The notes beneath the pieces were generated by a model, which saw only the letters and a program-made list of their open reading frames with translations, had not been told where the DNA came from and made no database searches. The position numbers were made by a program, and so were the translations under genes. Source: Salpingoeca rosetta (taxonomy: Eukaryota > Protista > Choanoflagellata). Taken from it: 64,000 bases of DNA. The DNA lies in NCBI GenBank assembly GCA_033442325.1, contig JAWQFM010000006.1:539153-603152 (forward strand). Direction: 5' to 3'. Within the stretch, counting starts at the first letter, position 1; every line of letters begins with the position of its first letter. Positions 51,205 through 64,000 of the stretch are shown here, one piece after another.

Positions 51205-52493
51205 ATGGGTTGGTTTTGGGGCAACAGCGGCAGGTATGTTGATGTGTGTGTGTGTGGGTGGGGGTATGGGTGTGGGTGTGTGTGTGTATGTGCGTCTGCG
51301 TGTTTGTGCGTGTGTCTGTGTGTGTCTGTGTGTGTGTCTGTGTGTATGTGTGTCTGTGTGTGTGTGTTTGTTCATATGTGTCTGTGTGTGTTCCTGTGTT
51401 CGTGTTTGCCCTTCCTCCACTCCCACTCCCACCTCACAGTCTTTGCCACACCTCTGTGACATGTGTGAACCAGACGCCCATACTATGGGTTCGGCAGATA
51501 CATGGGCCATTTCACCCCGGAGACAGTAGACCTCAAGGTGGGAGAAGAGATTCTGCGTTGGATGCTTCACATGTACACACACACACGTAAACCCACCCGC
51601 TCACTCACTCCCTCACTCACCCACCCACCCACTCACTCATACACACTCACTCACTCACTCACTCACGCACTCTCACTCACTCACTCACTCATTCGCACAC
51701 TCACTCCCCCCCCCCACACACACACACTCACTCACTCACTCACTCACTCACTCACTCACTCATTTGCCCGAGACAGAAAGACCCGTTTTTCTTTGAACCG
51801 AGCGAGCACGAGTGGGTGCGGGATGTGGAGGCCAACTGGACGGTGATTCGCGACGAGTTGGAACAGTACTTGAACCGACACAACAACTCGCTCATCCCCT
51901 ACTTTGGCGACCACCTCATGAGCTCCAAGAAGTGCTGGCGCGCACTGGGCCTCAAGTTCTGGAACATCTACCACCCGGAGATGCCCAAGGTGTTCCCGCG
52001 CACCATGGCCATCTTCGAGCGCATCCCGCACATGGTCTCCGTCTCGTTCAGTCAGATCCAGCCCAACTCAGCCATCAAGCCGCACTTTGGCGACACCAAC
52101 GCCAACTACCGCTGCCACCTTGGCCTCGTTGTGCCCGGCACGCTGCCCGAGTGCGGGTTCAAGGTTGGCACGGAGCAGCGACCGTGGCAGGAGGGCAAGG
52201 TGCTCATGTTCTGCGATGCACACTTGCACACGGCGTTCAACTACACGGACAGACCACGCTTCATTGTCAACTTTGATGTGCTCCGCCCGGAGTTTGCCCA
52301 TATGGAGACGCGTGTGTGCGCGACGGCGCTGGCAGCCATCATCACGCAGAAGGTGTGGCAGTGGCTGCCGTGGGTCAAGAGCTCCCCCATTACCACCCGC
52401 ATCGTGTACAACCTCCTCACATGGATCATGCTTGTTCCCATTGGGACCGGTGTCGGCGCACACACCGTCTACAAGATCCTCGCCGACGAATAG
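51205..52493 (+). CDS. Aspartyl/asparaginyl beta-hydroxylase-domain (ASPH/LpxO family) Fe(II)/2OG dioxygenase, 3 exons
   Basis: MGWFWGNSG|RRPYYGF..DLK|[76 protein letters not shown]. This aligns with the ASPH core (PHxGxTN..RxHLGL..WEEGKVLIFDDSFEHEV). The C-terminus is hydrophobic. Confidence 0.88.
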
Positions 52494-52513
52494 CGCTGTT
52501 GTTGGTGTTGTTG

Positions 52514-52590
<77 letters not shown>

Positions 52591-52629
52591 TTTGTGTGTT
52601 TGTGCATGTGTGTCTGTGTGTCTGTGTGT

Positions 52630-52662
<33 letters not shown>

Positions 52663-52958
52663 TGTCTGCGTGTGCATCGACTCTCAATCTCCTCACACTC
52701 TCCCGCCTCTCGATTCGCATCCGCAAAGACCGCTGTTTGTATTTGAACTCCTCCTGTTGCATTGTCTCCGCTCGCCCTTCTACCTCCCACACTGCGTAGC
52801 AAAGCATAGCGTGCGCTGTTACATTACTGAACCATCCTTATCATCAACGCTCGCAAGAACCACATCGTTGTGTTGAGTGAGCCACTCAACTGCCATCTCA
52901 CGGCACATTCACAACAACAACAACAACAACAACAACAAAGCGGACAACACCAGCGAAG

Positions 52959-53168
52959 ATGGTGCAGTGGTTGAACATACCTGGGATTCGGGCAGCGTGG
53001 AGGGCTGCGCGAGATGCATCGGTCATTGCACCGCACTGCGCTGTGACAGACATTCGCCAGTGCAACTTCGCAGACCTGCGTGCGCGCGGCTATCGCTATG
53101 TCATCTTCGACAAGGACAACTGCATTGCGCTCCCATACTCCAACACATTGCACTCCCTCGTCAAGGTG

Positions 53169-53243
<75 letters not shown>

Positions 53244-53670
53244 TATCTGTCTGTCTGTCTGTCTGTGGTCTGTGGTCTGTGTCTGTATCTGCCTGTGTCT
53301 GTCTCCGTGCGCGCTTCCCTCTCCGTCACTCCTCCGAACCCTGCCACTAAGGCTGTGTTTGCTCCCCGTTGCGCTGCCTGCTTGCAGGATGCGTGGGCAG
53401 AGTGCCTCGGAGCCTTTGGCAAGGAGAATGTGGTCATCGTGTCCAACTCCGCTGGCTCCTGCGACGACAAGGGGTTTGCAGAAGCTCAGAGCATCGAGCA
53501 AGGGTTCGGTGTACCCGTCCTGCGCCACCCATCCAGCAAGAAGCCGGAATGCATCTCAGACATCCTTCACCACTTTTCCATCACACAAGACGACGCTCAC
53601 CGCTGCGTTGTCATCGGCGATCGCGTACGTTGTGTGTGTGTCTGTCTGTCTGTCTGGGTCGACGTCTGTG

Positions 53671-53721
<51 letters not shown>

Positions 53722-53903
53722 TTGCGGTTGGAGCCGTACACCTCTTCGCACCTTATCATCAACGTGCATCTACACCCTCTCTTCACGTTGACAGTTGCTG
53801 ACGGACGTGTACATGGGCAAGCGGCTTGGTGGCCTCACGATCCACACGCAGCCATTCACTGAACAGGGCGACGCTACCACCGCCATCGTGGTACGCTTGC
53901 CTA

Positions 53904-53969
<66 letters not shown>

Positions 53970-54109
53970 CGGCGGCTGCTTGCACCGTTTCCGCTCACTC
54001 CCTCCTTCTGCTACTCCACCACCACACCCCCCAATAGGTGCGTCGGTTTGAGAACTGGCTGCTGCGAACGGTGGCCAAACCTCTGGGCTTCCCACCAGAC
54101 CCACAATAG
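52959..54109 (+). CDS. GEP4: HAD-IIIA phosphatase, GEP4/YqeG-like phosphatidylglycerophosphatase, 4 exons
   Basis: VIFDKDNC (motif I DxD), IVSNSAG, VLRH..KKP, VIGDR|LLTDVYMG. These are signatures of the mitochondrial PGP phosphatase family. Confidence 0.88.
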
Positions 54110-54119
54110 CGCTCTGTGT

Positions 54120-54156
<37 letters not shown>

Positions 54157-54738
54157 TGTCTGTGTGTGTGTGTTTGTGCGTGTGTGTGTGTGTTTGTGCG
54201 TGTGTGCGTGTCTGTACGTGTGTGTGTGTGTGCGTGTGTGTGCGTGTGTGTCTGTATCTGTATGTGTATTGATCCAGCTGTAAGTGCTTCAACACAATCC
54301 TCATCTCGTCACGTCTGCAAAGGCATTCGGACGTTGTCTGTATTGTGTTCACGTGCACCACACGTGACCATCGTGCAATAAGATCATCAAGCAAGCGCGC
54401 ACACGCGCAAACAGGCCAGCAAGAACGGTTGATGCTGTGAAGACACAACAACAACTGAGACGACAACAACAAACACCACCAACAACAACAACCACATCAC
54501 TCCATGTATGCATGAGAGCCCACTGAGAAGCAAAAGGAGAAGCCCAAATACAAAGAAGAAAGGTCAGTCAGGTCGGACAAGACGAAGCAACGCTCCAGAC
54601 AGACAGACGGGCGCAGTCTGGAATCGGTGATCAACGCATGCGTTATCCTTCACTATCGCATACAATCCCTCTCAAACCAACCAACACCAACACCAACACA
54701 CACACACACACTTCTCACTCAACCACACTCAACCACGG

Positions 54739-55583
54739 TCAAAACAGCAACGCGATTGGCTTCTTCCCGCCTTGTTGGTCATCGTCACTTGCCCCGCGTG
54801 CCCCTGCTGCTGCCTGCGGCTGTGGCCGCTTCGCTCTCGGGCGAGCGATGCTTGATGGTGACAGCGGCAGCGTTGCGTGGTACTCCACAGGTTCAGACAC
54901 AAGCAGCGAGGCAGCCGTCGCTTTTGGCTTTGCAGGCTGCTGCAGCTGGGCCTGTGGCTGTGATGGGTGATGGTGGTGGCGATGTTGCTGCTGTTGTTGC
55001 TGGTGCTGTGCGCGTGTGTCAACAGCCGGTGCATGCTGCCGAGCGCGTGTTGTGTGATGCTGTTGTCGTCCGGCGGCAGACAGGAACTGCTGCGGGTGGG
55101 CCTGATGAGCACCACCACCACCAACACCGACACCAACACCAGCACCAGCATGGGCTGGCAGTGTTGAAGCTTGCAGCGCTGGTGGTGGCCCAAGCAGGGA
55201 CGGGTGCGGCTGCTGCTGCGGCGGCACAATCCACTGCGCCTTACGATAGTGGTACTTGGGCACACCGTCGTGGGGGCCTGGCGCGATGTAGCTCACGCTT
55301 GCTGTTGTCTCGTGCGGGGCTTGGAACGACACGTGCGGTTGTATGTGCGGCTGCGACGCAGAGTGCTGCAACACAGCCATGGGCGCTACGTGATGTTGAC
55401 CAACAGCAGGTGCGGGTGCTGGTGCTGGTACAGAGGCCGTTGCAGTAGTGCCTGGCACGTGCGTGTGTCGTGGGTGGAGGTGTGCCGGTGCTGATCGCTG
55501 ACGCGCAACGTGCGCATGCGGGCCGCGCGCTCGGCCCGTCACGTGCGTGTGTGTGTTTGCACGTGGATGCGAGAGAGCGGATG

Positions 55584-55614
<31 letters not shown>

Positions 55615-58600
55615 AATGCCAGCGTGCGATGTGTTGGGAGAATACGGGAGCCACTGCGACGCCAGTGACTGCACCACATACGACGACGACGACGAGAGTG
55701 TGTCGTTCTCATACAGCGGTTCGTGCTGGCCTGCGATGGGCTGGCGCGGTCCGCCCCACGACATCCACCGGCTCCTGCTCCCGTCGAAGCTGCCGCCCAC
55801 AGCACTGCTGTTGCCAGTCGTGTTGATGGTCCAGTTGTTGCCTGCAGGCACGGACGAGCTCAGCGGCGAAATCGCCGCCGCATGAGGCACAAACGCGGGT
55901 GCGCCACGAGGCCTCAACGACAGAGTGTCGGCTCCTGTGCCATAATAGTCATAGTCACCGTTATGGTTGCTATTTGCGTTATTGCTGATGGGGGCGGCAC
56001 GGGCGTGCTGCACTGGCTCGTGTGCTCTGGTGTCATGATGTCTCTCTGGTGATAGGCCCAAGATGTCCTGTGCCCACTCATCACGCGACACCAGCACCTG
56101 CGGTGTCTTCTTCACGGCCTGTGCTGACCGCTGCTGCTGTGGCTGCTGCTGCTGTGGCTGCTGCTGTGCGGCGGCGCTGGCGATGCGGCTGTTGTTCACG
56201 GGATCGCGAATCACTGCGCGCGCGAATCGCGGTCGCCTTGCCGCCGCCGCCGCAGTTGTTGTTGTTGTTGGTGCTGGTGCTGGTGCTGGTGTTCGTACTG
56301 ATGGTGCAGTCACATCGTCGTCTTGGACAGCCTCCACGCAGCTGCTGTTGTGGTGGCGAGGAGACGGCTTCAGCACTGCATCGCTGGCATCGCGCATGGG
56401 TGTGCGCTTGGGCTGCGTGGTGTTGAACGAGCGGGCAGCAGCCGCTGCGACCGGCACTGCGGTAGGCCGTGTCTCGGCTACCACGCCGTCGTCGCCCGTG
56501 CTATCAACAAAGACATCACCAGCAGCGTCAGCATCATCATCATCATCATCATCATCACTCTCCATTGCGGGCACGTCTGGTTGCGCGCTCCTGTCAACGA
56601 TGACATGCCCGTCGCCACTATCACCGTCGTCGCTCGCGTGGTCCGGTGTGTCGGCAACAACAGGCGACGCCACAACAACGCGCTGTGCTGCCGTCGTGCC
56701 GGTGGCAGCCGCAATGGACGGTGCAGCCAGGGATGATGCGGGTGCGAGAGAGGAGACACCATCGCCACTTCTGCTTGTGGGCGTGGTCACGGCGACGGGT
56801 GCGCTCTCAACTTCAAACACGCTTGAGTCTGTTGTCTCGTTCTTCTCGTCGGTAGCACGGGCGGGCGACACGGTGTCGCCGTCAGCAGCGAGAAGCGGCG
56901 CTACCCGCCGTGGACTCACACACGCGCCCTCGCTCTCAACCACAACTGCATCAGCTGCGCCGTTGCTGGCAACGCTGCTGTCGTTGCCGTCGTGTTCCGG
57001 GTAGATGGACGCGCCGGCACCCGTCGCCGTCGGCTGCACGTCCACACCTTCAGCGTGGCCTTCGACAACTGCGACGCTCGCCTGAGCCTCTTCTTCCTCC
57101 TCGTTCTCCTGCGATTGGAGTTGGGGCTGATGCTGCTGCTGAGGGTGGTCGTCACCATTATCGCCCTCAGGAGCAGTGGCAGCAGTGGCAGCAGTGGCAG
57201 CAGTGGCAGCGAGACTATCATCATCGTCACCACCATCGACATCGCCATCACCACCATCACAGTCGTTGTCGTCATCAGCAGCGGCGGCAGATGAAGCCGC
57301 GCTGACCGTATCATCAACACCATCGTGTTCGTCGTCCTTGTGCTCATCGCCATCGCCATCTCCAGCCAGCGGTGATTTGCCGACCGCTGCAGCGTGGTCG
57401 CCCCCACCATGTTGCTGCTCCTCTTGCTCCTCTTGCGTGCTTGCATGCATGGAAAGCGGACGCGAAACGGCTGGAGACTCCGGTGCACTGGATGGCGCTT
57501 CCACAGGCATGGTGGATGCAAAGTCCACAAACACGAGCTCGTCCGCCAGTGTCAGGCCATCCTCAGAGCCACCATCACCATCGGTCTCATCGCCATCATC
57601 GTTGTTGCGCAGCTGTGCGCGTCTCAGCTCCTCCTCCTCATCCAGCTGCGCCAACAACAGCCGCTCGCGTTGCGCTGCGCGCATGGCGGCTGCGGCCTCC
57701 TGTTTCTTGATGAGCGAGTTGGCAAGCTCAACCTCCCACGCATCGTCGTGTATCGACATGGACAGGTCCTGCCACCCCGTGCGAGACTGCGGGCGCGATG
57801 ACGGCGTGTGTGCTGTGCCGTTGGCATCATTACCATCGCTGTCGGTGTTGGCGCTGGTGTTGGTGTTGTGGTTGTGGTCGTTGTCGTTGTCGTGTACAGC
57901 CGCGGCCGCTGCTGGTGTGCTGTCGTCGTGATAGGCTGTCTCCGCCGCCACATCGTCGTGCATTTCAACGTCCAGGACATCGGCTTCATCATCAGCAGGC
58001 ATGGCTGGTTGCAAACCATTCTCATCAGCACCGTCAGCACCGTCATCATCATCAACGTCACCAGGGACCATCACCTGCGTTTCCTCCACAGCGCCAACAG
58101 CGGGCGCGGGTTCGAGGATCACATCGCCCTCCACCGCTGCCAACAGCGCCGCAACTTCCGCACCATCACCATGGCTGTCATCATTGTTATCATGGCTATC
58201 ATCGTCGTTGCCATCATGGGCCTCGTCGACAATCCTTGGTGTTGTTGTCGCTGGGGTTGTGGCAGCATCAGCGTCGGCATCGACCTTCATCTCCTCCACC
58301 ACCTCCGTGACCAGCTCCTCCACAAGCGCAGAGATGTCGAGGTTGAGGTTGAAGCGCACGTTGTACTTCGTCTCCACGATGGGCGGCGGCTTCACCACTA
58401 CTGCGCAGTTGTTGCAGGTGCAGGTGCAGTTGTGGGCGTGAGTCGCATGTGTGTGTATATGTGTGTTTGTTTGTGTGTGTGTGTGTGTGTTTGTTTGTGC
58501 GTCTGTGTGTGTGTTTGTTTGTGCGTGTGTGTGTGTATGTGTGTTTGTGTGTGTATGTGCGTCTCTGTGTGTGTATGTGTGTATGTGTGTTTGTGTGTGT

Positions 58601-60207
58601 ACGACGGTCTGCCTCTCTGTATGTTTGTGCGCACGTGTACAAGATGAGGTGACGAAGATGAGATGACGAAGAGCAACAGCAGAGAACAAACCTTCTTCCA
58701 CTTCTTCCGCTGCGGCCGTTGGTTGTGCTGTCACACCCTCTTCTTCATCGTCTCCCTCTTGCATGTTGTCAATATCGCCGCCATCAGTGGCACCGGGCTC
58801 ATCGCGCTTCCGTTGAACGGGCACAGCCGTGTCAATGTCGACATCAATCACCACGTCCTTCTCCTCAACAACCACATCCGGTTCGAGCATCACAACACGC
58901 CGCTCCTCTGTCATCGGCGCTTGCGTCTCATCCCCACGCGACTTCTGCCCCTCATCCTCTTCCTCTCCCCCGTTGTTCACGTTGCCTTTCCTTTCCTGTT
59001 GCATCTTACTCTTCTTCTGCTGCACTGCTGGCGCTGCTCGGCGCGTCTTCTTGCTCACCGTCGACTCCTCTTGTTTCCCCTGCTGCTGCTGCTGCTGCAG
59101 CTGCTGCTGCTGCTGCTTGGCTGTGTCGCCTGTCTTGTTTGTGCGCGCTGCCTTGCTCTTCCCCTTCCCGCCCGTGGTCGTCTTCGCTGGCGGTGTTGCA
59201 AGCGAGGCCTTGTTACCACGACCACCACGATCACCACGACCACGACCACGACCACCACGATCACGACCACGACCACCACGACCACGACCACGGCTACGGC
59301 GAGCACGCTGCTGCTTCTCCTCCATCTCCTCCTTTTTCTTCTTGTTGCGCTTGTGCTTCGCGAGCCAGGCAACGGTGGGCGAGGTGAGCGAATTTCCTGG
59401 CCGCGCACCCGCGCCTTTCTTCCTGTTGCCGCCTGCTGACGATGCTGCTGCTGAGGACGATGATGGTGATGATGACGATGAGGGGGAGGATGATGATGGC
59501 ACGGTAGCCACGGTTGCCTGTCTGCCCAGCGCCGGGCGTTTGCCGGTTGCAGACTGCGCTGATGACGGGCGCGATGGCGTAGCGCTGCGCGTCGGGGACC
59601 GCGGGAACGGGCCCTGGGGGATGCTCTGTGATGTGGTGACAGTGGGAATGTAAAAGCGGGCGGGGTGTGTTGTGGTGAAGTGTGTGTGTGAACATGTGGT
59701 GGAGGGAGATGTGTGAAATTTTGTGTCAATGTGTGTGCAGACGTGTGAATGTGTGAACAGACGTGTGTGAAAGTATGTGTGAAGGTGTGAACATGTGTGG
59801 TGATGATCGTGTGGTGATGTGATCATGTGAGCAACAACGCGCACAAACGGACGCACACAAAAACCCTGTACATGATGCACCCCATTGCTCCTCACCTGCG
59901 GGGCGTACGATGGGTTGTTTGGGAGGGTGGCGCCGCGCTTGAGGCGGCGGACCTGATTCGGCTTCATCTTCCGGTACTCGTACTTCAGGCCAGCCGTAAA
60001 CTCCTGGCATGCGCGGTGTGTACACGTGTGTGTGTGCGTGTGTGTGAGTGTGTGTGTGAGTGTGTGTGTGTGTGTGCGTGTGTGTGAGTGTGTGTGTGTG
60101 TGAGTGTGTGTGTGTGTGAGTATGTGTGTGTGTGAGTGTGTGTGTGTGTGAGTGTGTGTGTGTGTGAGTGTGTGTGTGAGTGTGTGTGTGTGTGAGTGTG
60201 TGTGTGA

Positions 60208-60243
<36 letters not shown>

Positions 60244-61476
60244 AAGGGAAAAACAGAGAAAGGGAGAGACAGAGAGAAAGGGAAAAACAGAGAAAGGGAG
60301 AGACAGAGAAGGGGGACAGGCAACTGCCAGCAACATCGCTCGTCTTTGCAGGCGTGAACCGTGTTGGCGGAGAGGACCAACCTTGTAGTCGACAGTGCCG
60401 CTGTTGTCGTTGTCCCACGTCTTCACCAGCAGCTGTGAGGCAGAGATTGCAGCGTGCACAGAACGGTACACATCGGTCAGTTGTACACGACATGCAATGA
60501 AACCCAGTTGGCGCAAACGAACCTGCACACTCGTTTGCGAGGAGGGGGGACAGCGCAAAACACAATCCGACACACGTACACACACACACAAACACACATG
60601 TATGGATGGCTGACCTTGATCTCGTCTGTTGTCATGTGGATGTGTTTTGAGTCCTTGATGGCGCGCATGACTTCTTTCGCTGCGGGAGGGATGACAGGCG
60701 AAGTAGGGGCAAGGTAGGGGCAAGGTAAAGGTAGGGGTGAGGAGCAGTGTTGACATGATGACATGTGACGCACCGTAAGTGCATTTCCGCACACACAGAC
60801 ACACACACACACATACATACATACACACACACACACGCACAGACACACACAGAGCCCGTCAGAAGCAGACGTGTGCGACTGACTTGTGAGGAGGCCGTCC
60901 CCGTCGCGATCAAAGCGCTGGAAAAACGTGCGCACAGTCAGCTTCTCATTGGCGAGCAGGCTGTTGACTTGGTCGTTCCACTTGCGCGACACAGACTCAG
61001 GTGTCAGATCTGCGCAAGATGGGGGGGGGGGTGGTGAGTGGTTGAGAGAAATAGTCAGACAACAGGGTGTGTATGCTTGTGTGCGTATGTGCCCGCGTGT
61101 GTGTATATGCTTGTGCTAGTGTGGTGTGGTGTGTGTGTGTGTGTGTGTGCGTGCGTATGTGTGCTTGTGTGCTTGTGTGCGTTTGTATCTGTCCGCCTGT
61201 CCCTCTGCCTGTCCCTCTGTCGACTGTGTATCCAGCTGTGGGAACGTGCAAGGTGTATGGGCAGTGTCAGGGCAAACGATGACGAATGACGGACCGTCAA
61301 CGGTGCGGTTGAGTTTAAAGGCCTTGGTCGCCTTCTCCAGCGCGTGGCGCGCAACCTTCTGCTCAACTGTGGTATCGTCAGCGTCGTGATGATGGGAACA
61401 GAACCAAGGGTTGCAACCAGGATGAGGGATGACTTGAAGTGCAAACAACAGCAAATCTTGCACACACACACACACG

Positions 61477-61507
<31 letters not shown>

Positions 61508-62580
61508 AGCACACACACACGCACACGACAAACACACAAGCACACACTCAAACACACACACACACAAGCACACACACACGCAAACACACAAGCACACACA
61601 CACGCAAACACACAAGCACACATTCATGCACGCACGCACACACACACGCACACACACACACACAAGCGCAGACACAAGCAGCTAGACTTACATGGTGATT
61701 GCGATGTGCGGGCTTTGCGGTATTTCCAAGCGGATTGGAGCATTTTGGACACGCGGCGGCCACTCGGCGTCACTGCCATTGGACACAGGGTAACATGTGA
61801 CGTGCATGTGTGACACTCGAAGGTGAGGTGTGGCATCACACACGCAGACAAACATATTGGACGCAGGTCTGCGTGACGGATGGTGGCAGGTGCGACTGTG
61901 CTCAAGAGCAGCACACGAACGCCATGCATTTCACAGGGCACGGCTGCACAGGCTTGCCTCAAAGGAGAGTCACACGAGAGGCGGGGGGGGAGCAAACAAC
62001 GACAATGTGAGCGCGAATGCGATCGCTACTGCGATAGCTTACGTTCGGCCTCTGCGTCGCTGGCGCTGTGGATGATGCTGTCAACACTGGCGATGGAGTG
62101 TGTGTCGCTGTCACTGTGACCGTCCGAGGACGCGATCGGAAGCGACTGCGACACACGCAGCTGCCGCTGGTCCTTACCACCATCATCGTCGTCGCCGTCG
62201 TCATCGTCATCTGTTGTGGGCGGCGCTTCGAATGTGACCATGGTGACGGGAGAGGCATCCTCGTCGATGGAGCCACTGGTGCCGATGGCGTGAGGGTTCT
62301 CCAGGGGAACGGCGTCAGGACCAAGTTGGTCAGTGTTGTCGTCTTCCTTGTCGGCGGCTACGATATGGGGCTGGTCACTGCGGTCTTCCGCCTGTTCATC
62401 TGCGTGGTGTTCTTGCGTTTGTGGTTGTTGTTGATGTGCATGTTGTTGTTGTTCTTGTGGTGCAGTGGTGTCTTCGTCCGCCGCGGGATGGTTGTCGTTG
62501 CTGCTGTCACTCGGGGTGGCTTCTTCCTCGTCGGTGATGGCGGACGCACGCCGCATCTGGCGACGCTCACGCATCGACAT
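54739..62580 (-). CDS. Large protein with an EF-hand pair, an IQ-like segment and a long low-complexity C-terminal region
   Basis: Phase-consistent exons give canonical loops DRDGDGLLT|TKE and DNDNSGTVDYK|E, with VSKMLQSAWKYRKAR upstream. Two long exons (about 58691-59626 and 54739-58400) are acidic and P/S/A-rich. Confidence 0.75.
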
Positions 62581-63011
62581 GATGGCTGCAGCTGTTGTTG
62601 TTGTTGTTGTTTATGCCGCTGTGCCTGTGAATGACCGTGCAAGTGGCCGCTCGTGGTTGGTTCTGGCAGTGTGCTCTGTGTCTGGGATGGTATGTGTGGC
62701 AGGGCACAGGGGAGGTGGCGTATCCGTTAGCAAGGCAAAGCTGAAGCAAAGCTGAAGCAAGCAAGCGACAGGGCTACAGGTAGCTTGTCGCAGTCCTTCA
62801 ACGAATGCTCCTCTCGGTCGCTTTCACGCACAACAACAATGGTAGTGCCAGGCACGACGACGATATTGGGGGGGATGTGTGTGCGCGCACCACCAACAAA
62901 CGAAATTGCTGAGTCAGCACAAATCAAAAAGCAAGAAAAACGACAGCAGCGACAGCAGCGACAGCGACAACTGGCAACGCGACACACAAGAAGCAAGCAA
63001 GAGAGAGAACG

Positions 63012-63233
63012 ATGTGAGTGCTTGTGCTGCTGGTGCTGGTGCTGCTGGTGGCAATGGCGATGCTGATGTTCGTGTCATGTCACAACATTGTGTGTGTGTG
63101 TGTGTGTGTGTGTTTGGTTGTCATTTCGCCGTTCCATATATCGTTTGCTGTGCTGTTTGTTTGTCTGCGGTTCTTGTTTGATTTGACGAGTTGGCGTGTG
63201 CCACCATGAGGTCGGCCATGCGTATGTTTATGT

Positions 63234-63271
<38 letters not shown>

Positions 63272-63873
63272 TATCCTTGTATCCTCGTTGGATTGTCGTT
63301 GGTTGTGGTTGATCCGTCCTTTGATCATCGTTTGGTCATCGCAGCTGCTTGTGTTTTCCCTTCTCATGTCATGCCTCATCTGCTCTCTGTCTGCAGGGCG
63401 GAGGAAGCACGCAGCGACTATCAGCTGGCGGACACCCAGCGCCAAGTCGATGAGGTGTTGCTGTTGTTCTTGTTGTTCTTGTTGTTCTTGTTGTTCTTGT
63501 TGTTCTTGTTGTTCTTGTTGTTGTTCTTGTTGTTCTTGTTGTTCTTGTTGTTCTTGTTGTTCTTGTTGTTCTTGTTCTTGTTCTTGTTCTTGTTCTTGTT
63601 CGCGCACGACTTCACCTATGCCTTCTTCGTATTCGCCTCATCCCCCTTCTCCTTCGTGGCCCTCGTTCTGCTGCTTCTACTTCTCCTCCTCCTGCTCTTC
63701 CATTTCATCTTCCTTCTACTTCTCGTACTTGCGCTCACGTGTCCCTGCACCCTCATCCGCTGCATGCACGCACACTGTCGCACTCTCTGTGCAGGTCGTT
63801 GGGATCATGCGCACAAACATGGAGAAGGTGTTGGAACGTGATGCAAAGCTGACAGACCTCGAGGACAGAACAG
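63012..63873 (+). CDS. Synaptobrevin/VAMP R-SNARE, first three coding exons (continues beyond the window)
   Basis: AT (63012-63013)|G GCG.. exon 63397-63454 AEEARSDYQLADTQRQVDE | exon 63795-63873 VVGIMRTNMEKVLERDAKLTDLEDRT. This matches VAMP1/2/3 [33 protein letters not shown], including the zero-layer Arg. Confidence 0.93.
63463..63601 (+). repeat. (TTGTTCTTG)n/(TTGTTC)n repeat in synaptobrevin intron 2
   Basis: Seen directly; it generates the spurious NKN/QEQ/LLF ORFs in the track. Confidence 0.9.
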
Positions 63874-63910
63874 GTGCCGTCACATGTCGGCCTGTCCGTT
63901 TGTCTGTGTG

Positions 63911-63956
<46 letters not shown>

Positions 63957-64000
63957 TCGTGTGTTGTTGTTGTGTGTGTGTGTGTGTGTGTGTTGTGTGT

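Noticed and set aside
63271-63279. GTATCCTTG, resembling a U12-type 5' splice site
   Set aside because: It lies inside synaptobrevin intron 1 after a TG run, with no plausible upstream exon; the U2-type model is already frame-consistent.
63080-63841. QEQ-repeat and LLF-repeat ORFs
   Set aside because: Products of the intronic (TTGTTC)-type repeat.

Overview
This is a eukaryotic, GC-rich, intron-dense genomic window whose introns are full of (CA)n/(TG)n microsatellites. That style, plus the holozoan-type gene content, points to a choanoflagellate, most likely Salpingoeca rosetta; this is an inference, not verified. Most ORFs in the track are microsatellite or antisense noise. Manual splicing gives about 17 genes, in order: Bax inhibitor-1 (exon 1 only); an intronless 900-aa F-box-like/LRR gene; a very large acidic protein with an FSIP2/ERICH3-type N-terminal motif and SEA-like modules; UBE2W; PRPF6; a small SH2 protein broken by a gap; two tandem SVOP-like MFS transporters; a mitochondrial Obg GTPase (MTG2-like); eIF3b; an unknown protein; intronless RRN3; sphingosine kinase; an Asp/Asn beta-hydroxylase (ASPH/LpxO-family) dioxygenase; a GEP4-like PGP phosphatase; a large EF-hand protein; and synaptobrevin (5' part). 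There are three assembly gaps. The best hunt results are: (1) an intronic box C/D snoRNA in eIF3b whose D' guide matches the LSU rRNA site methylated by yeast snR64; (2) a recurring (UG)n-near-donor / (CA)n-near-acceptor intron layout, often with no polypyrimidine tract, suggesting structure-assisted splicing; (3) a possible lipid-modifying trio around a bacterial-looking dioxygenase; (4) patchwork gene conversion between the SVOP paralogs; (5) a synaptobrevin with a split AT|G start codon and vertebrate-like intron positions.
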